Source of the DNA: Nemertoderma westbladi | Lineage: Eukaryota > Animalia > Xenacoelomorpha | NCBI GenBank assembly: GCA_032718475.1 | Contig: JAUCBJ010001881.1 | Location: 1-37,092 of the forward strand | Direction of reading: 5' to 3' | Length of the DNA: 37,092 bases | In this document: positions 1 through 12,705 of the stretch, piece after piece | Position numbering within the stretch: the stretch's first letter is position 1 | Layout: every line of letters begins with the position of its first letter | Made by a program: the position numbers and the translations under genes | Notes under the pieces: generated by a model | The model's input: only the letters and a program-made list of their open reading frames with translations | Told to the model about the DNA's origin: nothing | Databases searched by the model: none

Positions 1-1
1 G

Positions 2-1858
2 GACAGGGATATTCTCTTGGACTGTTCCACCGGGTACAGGCAGTGTAGTACTATGTAAAGGGAATTTAGAGTTAAGCTCTGGAAGTACAGGGGTCTCTAA
101 CACAGAAGTGACTTTGGGAACGACAGGCCTAATTATCTCAGGCTCATCAACTATTGTAGAGAGTCTTTGGACCTTAATACTTTGGGCTGTAGGTTCTATA
201 CTACTCAAGTCTGTGCTAGCTAGCTGTCTTCTAACAGCTGGGGGCAAATCAGGCAATTTGCGACGGTAAGATGTTTTTCTACGCCTACTTAGATGAGATC
301 TATTTCCTCCGCCTTCAGGATCGGTAGTCTCGCCTTCCTCCGAGGATGTGTATCCCTGGCGCTTGGGAGTAGATTTTCTCATCATCTGCATTTGATTAGC
401 AGTAAACTGTTTATTTATACTGTCTTGCGTCTCTTGCAGATTTTCCAACTCCAATTGGATAGTCTCCTCAGAAGCTCTACGTTCTGCTTCTGCCACTGCT
501 GCTTTTCTTTCTGCTTCTGCTTCTGCCGCCTTTCTTTCGGCTTCTGCTTCTGCCGACTTTCTTTCGGCTTCTGCTTCTGCCTCTGCCGCCTTTCTTTCGG
601 CTTCTGCTTCTGCCGACTTTCTGTCGGCTTCTGCTTCTGCCGCCTTTCTTTCGGCTTCTACTTCTGCCGCCGCTGCTGCTGCCACCTTTCTTTTCTCTAT
701 CCGTTCTTTCTTTACTTGTTCTTCTCGGACTCTAGTGAGGCGGAGTTTTTCATCACATTCAGCTTGGTTTGCAGCTAACATTTCGGCATCGATTGAGTCC
801 AACACAAGCTTGGTTCCTTCACTATTAGGGGAAAGTCCAGACAGCCGTCTCCTCAACTCTTCGTCTCCTAGGAATCGCTGATAGTCGGACAAATAAATGT
901 CGATAGCGTCTCTAGTTCGCGGTTTCTCGGCGGTCTCTTCGCTTTCCGCTTGAGAAAGGGTGACATCAGTTTGTTCTTTATAGGTTGATCTCTCAGCCAG
1001 CTGGGATTTCCACTGGGCCGTTTCCTGTACTTTGAGATCTACCCGATGTAACCAAGTTTTGACAGCAACCTGCAGCGACGTGTCCTGTCTTCTTTTGGAA
1101 GTTTCCTCAAAGGCTGAGAGGATTAGTCGTATGCGTAGGGTTCTTTCGCGTATTTGGTATAGCAGCTCTTCCTGCTCTTGAGGTCCTTGAGGTTGTCGAA
1201 ACAGTTGTTCTTCCAATCGCTCCAAGGAGCCGAAGAATCCCTGCACATATCCTGCTGCCGACCTCTTCCAAACAGCTGGATCCATTGTATCTTTAGCCAC
1301 TCCCATCCTGTGTATATCTTCCCAAGTAGCCTCGGACAGATCCAACGGGAGTCCGAGTCCGGGAAAGTTCCATTGTGACTCGACAATAGACATCAATTCT
1401 TCCCTGGCGTATCCCGCATAATTATCTTGGGTCGCTCGCTTATTCCTCGCCCAGTCGGCTTGATGTTCCTCCACCGCAATGAATATAGTAGTTAGCACTG
1501 CAGCAGGAAGGGTAAGAAGGGGGTCCGAGTAGACTGTAGCAGCCCTCTGCACTCCGCGTTCGGGGGTCAGCTCTACAGTATCCGAACTGCTGGAGCTATC
1601 GGGTCGCTGGGAAGTAGGTTCTTGACCAAGATGTTGCTGCGATAGGACAACTGCCTCTTGGTTCCGTTTGACCTGTGCCCGAGTGCCTATGATGGACCTA
1701 TGGTGGATTAGCCTAGGGTCTGATACTACTGGAGGGATGACCTTTTTTGCAGTAGGAGGTGAGCTGAACTCCTTTCTTAATCGCTCCACACTCCTATCTG
1801 TGTCACAGATAGTTGTATCGATCAGACTGTCTGACAGGTTTTGCTGAGTGTCAGACAT
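2..1858 (-). CDS. gag-like ORF of at least 619 aa with an EAEAERKAA-type coiled-coil repeat; 3' end outside the window
   Basis: Reading the frame from ATG at 1858 (MSDTQQNLSDSLIDTTICD...) I found no stop to the window edge; an in-frame TAG lies just upstream. The ORF track omits it, probably because it has no stop. The gag call rests on position and composition only. Confidence 0.7.
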   Translation of the reverse strand, partial: MSDTQQNLSDSLIDTTICDTDRSVERLRKEFSSPPTAKKVIPPVVSDPRLIHHRSIIGTRAQVKRNQEAVVLSQQHLGQEPTSQRPDSSSSSDTVELTPERGVQRAATVYSDPLLTLPAAVLTTIFIAVEEHQADWARNKRATQDNYAGYAREELMSIVESQWNFPGLGLPLDLSEATWEDIHRMGVAKDTMDPAVWKRSAAGYVQGFFGSLERLEEQLFRQPQGPQEQEELLYQIRERTLRIRLILSAFEETSKRRQDTSLQVAVKTWLHRVDLKVQETAQWKSQLAERSTYKEQTDVTLSQAESEETAEKPRTRDAIDIYLSDYQRFLGDEELRRRLSGLSPNSEGTKLVLDSIDAEMLAANQAECDEKLRLTRVREEQVKKERIEKRKVAAAAAAEVEAERKAAEAEADRKSAEAEAERKAAEAEAEAERKSAEAEAERKAAEAEAERKAAVAEAERRASEETIQLELENLQETQDSINKQFTANQMQMMRKSTPKRQGYTSSEEGETTDPEGGGNRSHLSRRRKTSYRRKLPDLPPAVRRQLASTDLSSIEPTAQSIKVQRLSTIVDEPEIIRPVVPKVTSVLETPVLPELNSKFPLHSTTLPVPGGTVQENIPV

Positions 1859-3230
1859 GTTTAGCTATACAGTTGAATGTCTACTACTATATTTTCAGTT
1901 AAAGCAAGTCTGGTAATTCAGTATGACCGCAAGCCTAGCGATTTATTACCGATACCGTTACTCGGTGTAACGTGATATATATACAATATATTAGAATACC
2001 GGTATGCTTATAATATATATAAGTATTATTACAGACTAGATTTGTCACAGAGTACCGGTATATAATTTTAGCACAAATATATATAAATATATAATAGGCC
2101 TATAGTGAATACCGGTATACAGCTTACACTTATAGTATATATAAGTATAATTATGAACTAGAATTAATTACAGAATACCGGTATGATTTCAGCTCAAATT
2201 TATAGAAATAAATATAATAAGCCTATGGTAAGTACCGGTATGTCAATTATTTTTAGAATAATTAAATTTCTGAATATTTTAAGGTTACTTGGTTACTTTA
2301 ACTTACTTTATTACCGTTATTTAAGCAGTAGTTCAACTGATATTGAGACCTAGTTGTTGTATGGCAGGCCTACTATTTATAAATCGTTTGAGTTGATTTA
2401 TAATAGATATATACCCGTTTAAAAGGGGTTTTGTCAATTTTTGAAATAAATGTTATTATTTCTGGGGAAGTCACTACACAGAAGCTGTACGCTCTCAGTG
2501 AAGTGTTACTTATTGAGACACTAAAACTGATAATTCTAATTTACTTAAGTTACTTAATACTACAAATTACTTACGATACGGGTGAGATTAATTCTCTAAT
2601 TAAAACACAACAAAAATATTACGTACGAAATTTTTAGGGTAATTTTACAGGAAGTCTACAAACCAGCCTAACAAAGGGTTAGATTTCTGGTTATTACAAA
2701 GGACAGGGTACTACGGTATTTGAAATAATAAGTAGTAGTAAATATATTGCACTGTCCAGATAGGAAAATACCACCGCCTGACGACCTATAACCGTATCGC
2801 TATAGGTACTACGTTATGTATCACGGAGTGTTCCTACCCAGAAGTTAATAGAGCTAACGAATGTGCCTATCAACCACTTTACAACACAAATATACTGCCC
2901 ACACACTAATTACTTCGGAAAGCACTGTACACTAAACCCTAAATTAGGTACAAGTACCGGTACAACAAATAATCAGTAGTTAAATATGCTTGAACAGTTA
3001 AAAGAACCACGGCATCTGCTGGAGTGACCAGAGCACAAAGTCACCAGTCTTGTCCTACGCCAAGCAGCCCGTGTAGTACCGGGGTTAATTTAACTATAAC
3101 GGTATGTATAACAAGCACAATTACTGTAGGAATAAACTTGGGGACATGAATGTTGCGAATAATCGCATAAACTCTGAATAATAAATATTACGCTACCCGT
3201 ACAGAATACTCAAACAAAATACAAACCAAA

Positions 3231-3745
3231 CGCTGGCAGACTACCACCTAGCCTAAATAAACTACCGTACGTGTAGCTTCTGAAATGGTTAGTTAGTATG
3301 CGTTCTAACACGGTAGTACGACTTATTCTTTAAGAGGGGATTGACCTTACAGCATATGGCTGCCCCAACTTACTAACGGCACTTTATCAGACAAACTCCA
3401 CACAAACAGCAATCTCTTCAGACCTAATAATAGCTAGACAACAATCCAGCCTACAAAATATCTGAGTAATAACTATTACGGTACCTGAACAGACCACACA
3501 AACAAACACAGGCTAAAACACTGGCAGACTACGATCAAGCCTAAATAAACTACAGTATATGCAGATTCTGAAATAGTTAGTTAGTATGCGTTCTAACACG
3601 GTAGTACAACTTATTCTTTAAGAGGGGATTGACCTTACAGCATATGGCTGCCCCAACTTACTAACGGCACTTTATCAGACAAACTCTACACACGCCGTAA
3701 TCTCTCCAAACCCAACAACAGTCAGACAGCAGCTCAGCCTACAAT
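3231..3745. repeat. direct duplication of about 210 bp (offset about 289 bp) in the retroelement leader
   Basis: ctggcagactac...gttagttagtatgcgttctaacacggtagtac...ggcactttatcagacaaactc occurs at about 3233-3400 and again at about 3521-3690. Confidence 0.85.
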
Positions 3746-3920
3746 TATCTGAACAATCTGAGCAGGGTCACACGCCTTCTGCTCAATATTAGCCTACTAG
3801 TAAATAAAACCGACAGAAATAAGTAGAATCTCAATAAAAATTCAGGGCTGCAGTCCCTGATTAAGTACTAAGACCTACCGGTATACACTAATCAAATTCG
3901 AATAATACTAATGTACTGAT

Positions 3921-4052
3921 ACAGCAGTACCGGTTAGGACAGTTGGGCCTACAGACCTACAGAAGTACCGGTTCTGGCAGTTGGACCTACGGACCTACAG
4001 CAGTACCGGTTCTGGCAGTTGGGCCTACTGACCTACAGAAGTACCGGTTCAG
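3921..4052. repeat. short tandem repeat of about 39 bp (acagcagtaccggttctggcagttgggcctacagacct), about 3.5 copies
   Basis: Directly visible tandem copies. Confidence 0.8.
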
Positions 4053-5732
4053 GTTTACCGGTCACTACGGTATTTTGCAACCTTATTGCTTACTGCAATA
4101 AGATCGATAACTGTTATTGTTCGCGCTTTTGAAGACCTTTAGCAGTTTAACCTGCCAAAATTTATATGTCTTTTAGTTAATTAAAACACCTTTAGCATAC
4201 GACAATATTTTATGCTAATAAACAAAACATTAGCCGAAGCCAGCCCATGCGCGATCATTCACCCGATGGCTACGCCCGGGAGGCTGAATTCGGATGCTTA
4301 AATTATTATTATTGCAGTGTAAGATTGCAGTGTAAACCTACTGTATTATTCGATTGATCACTAATAATTAATTTCTGACAGATATTATTGGCTTTCGGGA
4401 AATATTAACAGTTCCTTTAGGACGTGGCGCTCTATCTATTTAAACAGAGCTAGGACTTATACTAAACGCAACGATACTGCTTATGATTAAAGTATAAGGC
4501 GCATTCTTTAGGAAATGCTTTGTTACCAATCACAATCATGCACACTATTCTGCCGACCGTCAGTAAATTTGATCACACATAAAGAGAGCAGCAATTGACT
4601 CATGTAGGGTCTGCTAAATAACATTAGATTCAATACACGCCACATTGATATAAATCGCAATTGTTATGTATAGCCTGTCTCTCTAACCTGTAGTGTATCA
4701 AGAAAATTGGGAATTTTGGGTGATTTATCCGTATTCTCCAAAGGGCAATAATTCATCAACAAATAGATACAATTAATAACTGACGGTAAATAACAGTACA
4801 AACAATATAATTAATAAGTAAAGTTCGGAAGAATAATATGATTACCAGTGAGTTAGTTAGATAGGTCGGTAGGTTGATTAGATAACAGTTATACTTTCGA
4901 TAATTTAAGCAGTTTTACTAGAGTTCTTCCCAAAAGCCGGTGGTCTGGCGAAAAATGGGAACACAACAACAGAATCATATGAAGAATCATATGACTACCT
5001 CACTATACGAGGATACCAACTACCCTTATTCCCCGAAGTTCCCGTCCAACACAGAGGATGAGCATACAGATAGGAAATTCAGTTCAGTAGCTCTGGGATA
5101 GGTCAAAATCAACGCCCACTCAAATTCTATTGGCCGATACGGACAGCAGGGCTGAGGCAACCTCCCTAAGCTGGTTGGCCGATCGAACAGAACCCAGATA
5201 CCTTCGTACAGCCCATCAGCCAATAAGCTGGTAGCTTGCACTATTTTAGCTATAGATCCCTTTTAGAGTATTCTAGCGACTGGGGGGGAACTGGCCAGCA
5301 AGGCAAACGAATCAGTTATCCCACAAAAGCTTTTACAAAGTGCGGGACATTATGATGTAAGTAGACTTTGAGCAAATAATTTTTAGACACAACGTTGTTT
5401 TAATTGACAGCAAATGATTTCATTGGAAAATATGATTGTTTTGCTTCGAAAAGTACTCTATTACGTTGCCTTCTGCCTAAAGCTACTCATAAAACGCGGT
5501 GATCACATTATGCACTCAGTTAACTTGCACTCAGTTAACTGTATTTTTGCAGTTTTAGAGGTAAGGGCGAATAACACCAGATTTCAGAAAGTTAACCAAT
5601 TTTGATGCGGTTTTTTGTATTAAATTTGTAAATCGCATCATATATTGGTTCTGAAAATTGATATGAGAAGCAATAATTCACTTTTTTCAAAATTGGCACT
5701 GCGGTTGACATTTGCGTGGAATGAGCCTAGAT

Positions 5733-6180
5733 CGTGTATTTTTGGAATAAATTCTATATTAGCAGTCTCGTATTTTTTGAATAAATTCTGTATTACCCCC
5801 CCCCCCCCCCCCGTCTCAGTAAACCATGTATTTTTGGAATAAATTCTGTATTACCCCCCCCCCCCCCCGTCTCAGTAAACCATGTATTTTTGGAATAAAT
5901 TCTGTATTACCCCCCCCCCCCCCGTCTCAGTAAACCATGTATTTTTGGAATAAATTCTGTATTACCCCCCCCCCCCCCGTCTCAGTAAACCAAGTATTTT
6001 TGGAATAAATTCTGTATTACCCCCCCCCCCGTCTCAGTAAACCATGTATTTTTGGAATAAATTCTGTATTACCCCCCCCCCCCGTCTCAGTAAACCATGT
6101 ATTTTTGGAATAAATTCTGTATTACCCCCCCCCCCCCGTCTCAGTAAACCATGTATTTCTTGAATAAATTATGTATTACT
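5733..6180. repeat. tandem repeat of about 55-59 bp with a variable poly-C tract, about 7 copies
   Basis: Unit gtatttttggaataaattctgtatta(C)n gtctcagtaaaccat repeated; mainly the C-run length varies. Confidence 0.95.
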
Positions 6181-6520
6181 CGTCGAACTATTATGTACTG
6201 ATTTTCCTGAAGATTACCTCCATTTGGAGTTCCAAAATGTAAAAGAAAAACTTTTAACTTAATTTTGAGACTGTCTCCAGTCTACCGCAGCGCATGCAGT
6301 ACAACACTCTGGAAGAATCTGCTCGGAAGAATATTTATTATTAAAATAACAAATATAGAGCGGCGACTGAATTAATAATAACATAGGCTAAAAAATGTAA
6401 ATCAACCAAAACAGAATCTATCTATGAAAATCGATGACAATGATTTATAGACCATGTATTGCTCTCTTCGATGTAGTTATGTCAATTTCTCCTTCTTGGG
6501 ATATAAATTCTAAATAGTGA

Positions 6521-9500
6521 ACCCCATGTGAGATATCCCACCCAATCTGATACAATGCCACCCAATGTGATACATTGCCTCCCAATGTGATACAATGATA
6601 CCCAATGTGATACAATGATACCCAATGTGATACAATGATACCCAATGTGATACAATGCCTCCCAATGTGATACAATGCTACCCAATGTGATACAATGCTA
6701 CCCAATGTGATACAATGCCACCCAATGTGATACAATGCCACCCAATGTGATACAATGCCTCCCAATGTGATACAATGCCTCCCAATGTGATACAATGCTA
6801 CCCAATGTGATACAATGCCTCCCAATGTGATACAATGCTACCCAATGTGATACAATGCTACCCAATGTGATACAATGCCACCCAATGTGATACAATGCTA
6901 CCCAATGTGATACAATGCCACCCAATGTGATACAATGCCTCCCAATGTGATACAATGCCTCCCAATGTGATACAATGCTACCCAATGTGATACAATCCTA
7001 CCCAATGTGATACATTGCCTCCCAATGTGATACAATGCTACCCAATGTGATACATTGCCTCCCAATGTGATACATTGCCTCCCAATGTGATACAATGCTA
7101 CCCAATGTGATACAATGCTACCCAATGTGATACAATGATACCCCATGTGATACAACGCCACCCAATGTGATACAATGCTACCCAATGTGATACAATGCCA
7201 CCCAATGTGATACATTGCCTCCCAATGTGATACAATGCTACCCAATGTGATACAATGCTACCCAATGTGATACATTGCCTCCCAATGTGATACAACGCCA
7301 CCCAGTGTGATACAAGGCTACCCTATGTGATACAACGCCACCCAATGTGATACAATGCCACCCAATGTGATACATTGCCTCCCAATGTGATACAATGCTA
7401 CCCAATGTGATACAATGCTACCCAATGTGATACAATGATACCCAATGTGATACAATGCTACCCAATGTGATACAATGATACCCAATGTGATACAATGCTA
7501 CCCAATGTGATACAATGATACCCAATGTGATACAATGCTACCCAATGTGATACAATGATACCCAATGTTATACAATGATACCCAATGTGATACAATGCTA
7601 CCATACAATGCCACCCAATGTGATACAATGATACCCAATGTGATACAATACTACCCAATGTGATACAATCCTACCCAATGTGATACAATGCCACCCAATG
7701 TGATACAATGATACCCAATGTTATACAATGATACCCAATGTGATACAATGCTACCCAATGTGATACAATGATACCCAATGTTATACAATGATACCCAATG
7801 TTATACAATGCTACCCAATGTGATACAATGCTACCCAATGTGATACAATGATACCCAATGTTATACAATGATACCCAATGTGATACAATGATACCCAATG
7901 TTATACAATGCTACCCAATGTGATACAATGATACCCAATGTTATACAATGCTACCCAATGTGATACAATGATACCCAATGTTATACAATGATACCCAATG
8001 TGATACAATGCTACCCAATGTGATACAATGCTACCCAATGTGATACAATGCTACCCAATGTGATACAATGCCACCCAATGTGATACAATGCCACCCAATG
8101 TGATACAATGCTACCATATAATGCTACCCAATGTGATACAATGCTACCATATAATCCTACCCAATGTGATACAATGCCACCCAATGTGATACAATGCCAC
8201 CCAAAGTGATACAATGCTACCCTATGTGATACAACGCTACCCAATGTGATACAATGATACCCAATGTGATACAATGATACCCAATGTCATACAATGATAC
8301 CCAATGTGATACAATGCCACCCAATGTGATACAATGATACCCAATGTTATACAATGATACCCAATGTGATACAATGCTACCCAATGTGATACAATGATAC
8401 CCAATGTGATACAATGCTACCCAATGTGATACAATGCCACCCAATGTGATACAATGATACCCAATGTTATACAATGATACCCAATGTGATACAATGCTAC
8501 CCAATGTGATACAATGCTACCCAATGTGATACAATGATACCCAATGTGATACAATGATACCCAATGTTATACAATGATACCCAATGTGATACAATGATAC
8601 CCAATGTGATACAATGCCACCCAATGTGATACAATGATACCCAATGTTATACAATGATACCCAATGTGATACAATGCTACCCAATGTGATACAATGCTAC
8701 CCAATGTGATACAATGATACCCAATGTTATACAATGATACCCAATGTGATACAATGATACCCAATGTTATACAATGCTACCCAATGTGATACAATGATAC
8801 CCAATGTTATACAATGCTACCCAATGTGATACAATGATACCCAATGTTATACAATGATACCCAATGTGATACAATGCTACCCAATGTGATACAATGCTAC
8901 CCAATGTGATACAATGCTACCCAATGTGATACAATGCCACCCAATGTGATACAATGCCACCCAATGTGATACAATGCTACCATATAATGCTACCCAATGT
9001 GATACAATGCTACCATATAATGCTACCCAATGTGATACAATGCCACCCAATGTGATACAATGCCACCCAATGTGATACAATGCTACCCTATGTGATACAA
9101 CGCTACCCAATGTGATACAATGATACCCAATGTGATACAATGATACCCAATGTGATACAATGCCACCCAATGTGATACAATGCCACCCAATGTGATACAA
9201 TGATACCCAATGTGATACAATGCCACCCAATGTGATACAATGATACCCAATGTTATACAATGATACCCAGTGTGATACAATGATACCCAATGTGATACAA
9301 TGATACCCAATGTGATACAATGATACCCAATGTGATACAATGATACCCAATGTGATACAATGCTACCCAATGTGATACAATGCCACCCACTGTGATACAA
9401 TGCTACCCTATGTGATACAACGCTACCCAATGTGATACAATGCTACCCAATGTGATACAATGATACCCAATGTGATACAATGCTACTCAATGTGATACAA

Positions 9501-9601
9501 TGATACCCAATGTTATACAATGCCACCCAATGTGATACAATGATACCCAATGTGATACAATGCCACCCAATGTGATACAATGATACCCAATGTGATACAA
9601 T
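6521..9601. repeat. 20-bp minisatellite (cccaatgtgatacaatgcta and variants), roughly 150 copies
   Basis: Continuous array; variants end in gcta, gata, gcca or gcct; a few 7-bp-deleted units. Confidence 0.99.
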
Positions 9602-9704
9602 ACAGTCTACTTAGTCATTATATAAAATTATGTGCTATCTTTATTGGTAACTTTATTGTAGACTTTGTTTGCCGTTTGTAACACTTAGCTCTATTATTTG
9701 TTCA

Positions 9705-9738
9705 TTGATAATGGTTTAAGTAATAAACCGAAACGTCT
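9705..9738 (+). other. degenerate minimal hammerhead-like motif of the Penelope pLTR type
   Basis: TTGATAA T GGTTTA-agtaa-TAAACC GAAA CGTC: perfect 6-bp stem II and GAAA-CG-UC, but two changes in the CUGANGA box and a poor stem I. Confidence 0.4.
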
Positions 9739-10208
9739 GCAGTTATCTCAATGAAATTCGAAGTTTTATCGCTATGGCATTTATTTTCCTCATAACTCTT
9801 CGATTCCACAGTTTGTTATCCATTTACTGTAATTGATAATAAATACTAGATCATTGATTTACAACTCGACGCAGGGTAGTGGGGGATTTCAAACAATGAC
9901 ATTAAAACAATGACAATAAAAACTAAATTTAATTATGTTCGATATTACAACGCGAGTCCAATAGACGACTCAAATATATTAAAGAGGACAAACAAACGGT
10001 CTTCAACATTCATTTATGGGCAGTTTGTAACCTCTCAAATAACTGTGCACTGAAATCATAGTTAGGAAGGGGGTTTACTGTGAAATCAATAAAATTCTAG
10101 AACACTCTTATGGCTTGAGTTTATAATTCTAGAATGGGAGAATGAGTTATGATCTTCCAATGGACGTAAATGGGGGGCGGGGCATCCGATTTCATAAGTA
10201 GAGGGAGT

Positions 10209-10326
10209 TTATTTATTGTAATGCTGTTTGGTACTGCGTGGTCGAATAGCGGAGGAACGGCTACGTGATTGGGCAGCTTGTTCTTGAAGCTGATACGCCA
10301 TTGGATGGATCTTGAAACCAAACAAT
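10209..10326 (-). CDS. CSNK2B: casein kinase II beta, coding exon 5 (last)
   Basis: ttttag| acceptor, then (R)LFGFKIHPMAYQLQEQAAQSRSRSSAIRPRSTKQHYNK*, matching the conserved RLYGFKIHPMAYQLQ; phase fits exon 4. Confidence 0.95.
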
Positions 10327-11224
10327 CTAAAACGTAAAATTAAGATATTTTAGCTGTTTTTTAGAATCAGCTGTTTTTTAGAATCTTTATTTCTCAAATC
10401 ATGAAGTTTAAGTTATTTGCGCTGTTTATTGTTGCCTTAATAATCTAAAACGTAAAATTAAGATATTTCCAGCGATGATCTTAACCGACGATAACTGTCT
10501 TACGTGCTATAGGTTACAACTATGAGAACGAAATTTTATTCAAAAATGGTTATATTTATTTAAAATTTCTAAAAACTATGTGAAAAACGTTTAATAAATT
10601 ATTATGATGGAGGGGCTAGCGAAATAAAAAGATGAAATTGTTACAAAAGTACCAAATTTTTGTGAATACCTGCGGGTAGATGCAAAAATCTCATGTCCAA
10701 AAAATATGATATATTCAAATTGAATATTAATATTTTTAATGCCATGCTTAGTTTCCCCCCCTATCTGCCCTGACAACATAGATTTTACATAAGAACAACG
10801 TACTATTGCATTGGTGGGTTTTTTCTCAAATTTGGTGCAGACGAATTTTAGTCCGATAACTATCGACTGACGAAACTATAAACTTCTACATATAGTTACC
10901 AATTTAGTTTCCAGATCAACGGAAATTTGTCTAGAGTAATAATTAAATAATTTTTATTATAATTTGGCTGGTACAACCAAGGCGGACATTATTGCAGTCT
11001 TTATTGCCCGCACTTTTGCCGACAATAAAGATAATATTTTCACGAAAACAAATCAATTAATTACACCTAAAATCAATACAGCAACCTAAGGCCCAAACTC
11101 ACAAAAAGTGGCCAAAAACGTTTCCCACACGAGCATGGGATTATTGCAATCTATAGATCCATAATTACTCACAAAAAACCTTTGTGACTTTTGTAACTTT
11201 ATTAATTTTATTTTATATTTTATT

Positions 11225-12290
11225 TTTAATTTATCATTAAAATTAATCATTCTTCCACTATTTTTATTGCGTTTTTTTCCATAAATTTAATCATTCTCCA
11301 CTAAAGTTAATCATTCTCCACTAAAGTTAATCATTCTCCGCTAAAATTAATTATTCCATCTTAATTATTGGCATGGGATTCGAAGTACCGGTTCATATTT
11401 TGTTGGTTATGAAAGCCTACCTCTGTAACCTGCTCCTTTCCCCAAATTGGTAACAACATTGCTTATTGTTTTGGTTATAAAAGCCTACCTCTGTAACCTG
11501 CTCCTTTCCCCAAATTGATAACAACACTGTTTACTGTTTTGGTTACGAAAGACTACCTCTGTAACCTGCTCCTTTCCCCAAATTGGTAACAACTCTGCTT
11601 ATTGTTTTGGTTATAAAAGCATCTGCTCCTTTCCCCCAATTGGTAACAACACTGTTTACTGTTTTAGTTATGAAAGCCTACCTATGTAACCTGCTCCTTT
11701 CCCCAAATTGGTAACAACTATGTTTATTGTTTTGGTTATAAAAGCATCTGCTCCTTTCCCCCAATTGGTAACAACACTGTCTACTGTTTTGGTTATGAAA
11801 GCCTACCTATGTAACCTGCTCCTTTCCCCCAATTGGTAACAACATTGCTTATTGTTTTGGTTATAAAAGCCTACCTCTGTAACCGGCTACTTTCCCCCAA
11901 TTGGTAACAACATTGTTTGTTTTGAATATAAAAATCGACCTCTGTAACCTGCTCCCTTTCCCCCAATTGGTAACAACATTGTTTATTGTTTTGGTTATAA
12001 AAGCCTACCTCTGCAACCTGCTCGTTTCCCTTAATTGGTACAACATTGTTTATTGTTTTGGTTAGAAAAACCCCACCCTGTAACGTGCTCTTCTCTTTCA
12101 ATTGGCAACTTCAATATAATTATAGACTATATAGTATATCGTAATTATATAAATATAGTTAGGAGTTGATTTAATTTGGTGGAAAATTAATTAATTTTCG
12201 TGACAAGTGATTAATTTTAGTGATAAGTAATTAAATTTAGTGAAAATGATTAAATTGAGAGAAAGTTATTTTTTTAGTGATGGATAAAAT
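11225..12290. mobile_element. foldback-like composite: inverted arrays of about 20-bp subrepeats flanking an internal satellite
   Basis: Left arm repeats ttaatcattctccactaaa (about 11230-11350); right arm repeats the degenerate complement tttagtgataagtaattaa (about 12170-12270). No TSD identified. Confidence 0.45.
11396..12110. repeat. tandem repeat of about 62 bp, about 11-12 copies
   Basis: Unit ttgttttggttataaaagcctacctctgtaacctgctcctttccccaaattggtaacaacattg with variants. Confidence 0.95.
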
Positions 12291-12321
12291 AAGTGCGCTT
12301 TTGTAATAATTTTTTCATTAA

Positions 12322-12705
12322 AGGCCTATTTACACGACGTGGCAACTTATAGAGTAACTTTCTCTGCAACTTGTAGAGCAACCCAAGTTGCCGATCAAGT
12401 TTCTCCGTGTAAACACGTAAGTTGCTGAAAAAAGTTGCTCAACTTTTGCGGCAACTTGAAGGAATTTGCGTTGGCGAATTAAAGCGGGTTAATCAAATTA
12501 AATTATCAAAAATTAGCTAGTAGATAAAATGACCCACTATTTTACAGTCAAACTATCCAAGTTGCTTTAAAAGTTGCCGGCAGAGTTGCTGGTGAACTTG
12601 CTGGTAAGTTGCCACGTGTAAACAGCGATTAAATTAAGTTGCTCCAAAAAAAGTTGCTAGTTGCCGAGAAAGTTGCTCTAAAAGTTGCCACGTGTAAACA
12701 GGCCT
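12322..12705. mobile_element. MITE, PIF/Harbinger (Tourist)-type
   Basis: TIRs AGGCCTATTTACACG / CGTGTAAACAGGCCT, 3-bp TAA duplication at 12319-12321 and 12706-12708, many internal gcaactt/aagttgc motifs. Confidence 0.85.

Larger units (their letters stand above)
1..5337 (-). mobile_element. 5' part of a probable LTR retrotransposon (LTR start, long leader with internal repeats, gag-like ORF), cut by the window edge
   Basis: Minus strand begins TGTAAAAGCTTTTGTGGGATAAC at 5337; the same sequence starts at 37021 on the plus strand, where it interrupts a LINE, which defines the boundary. A long intronless ORF follows. I could not place the LTR 3' end or a PBS, and pol is outside the window, so the superfamily is unresolved. 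Confidence 0.65.

Noticed and set aside
293-778. Cys/Phe-rich 161-aa plus-strand ORF
   Set aside because: Antisense shadow of the EAEAERK repeat in the long minus-strand ORF.
3091-3103. TAACTATAACGGT, matching part of the LSU rRNA / I-CeuI site
   Set aside because: Only 13 nt match, with no flanking rRNA similarity.
6445-9430. Many His/Trp/Cys-rich repeat ORFs (HWVALYHIGWHCITLGGIVS)
   Set aside because: They are translations of the 20-bp minisatellite in all frames, with stops set by unit variants.
6521-9601. CRISPR-like regularity in the tandem arrays (also 5733-6180, 11396-12110)
   Set aside because: No unique spacers and no cas genes; eukaryotic context.
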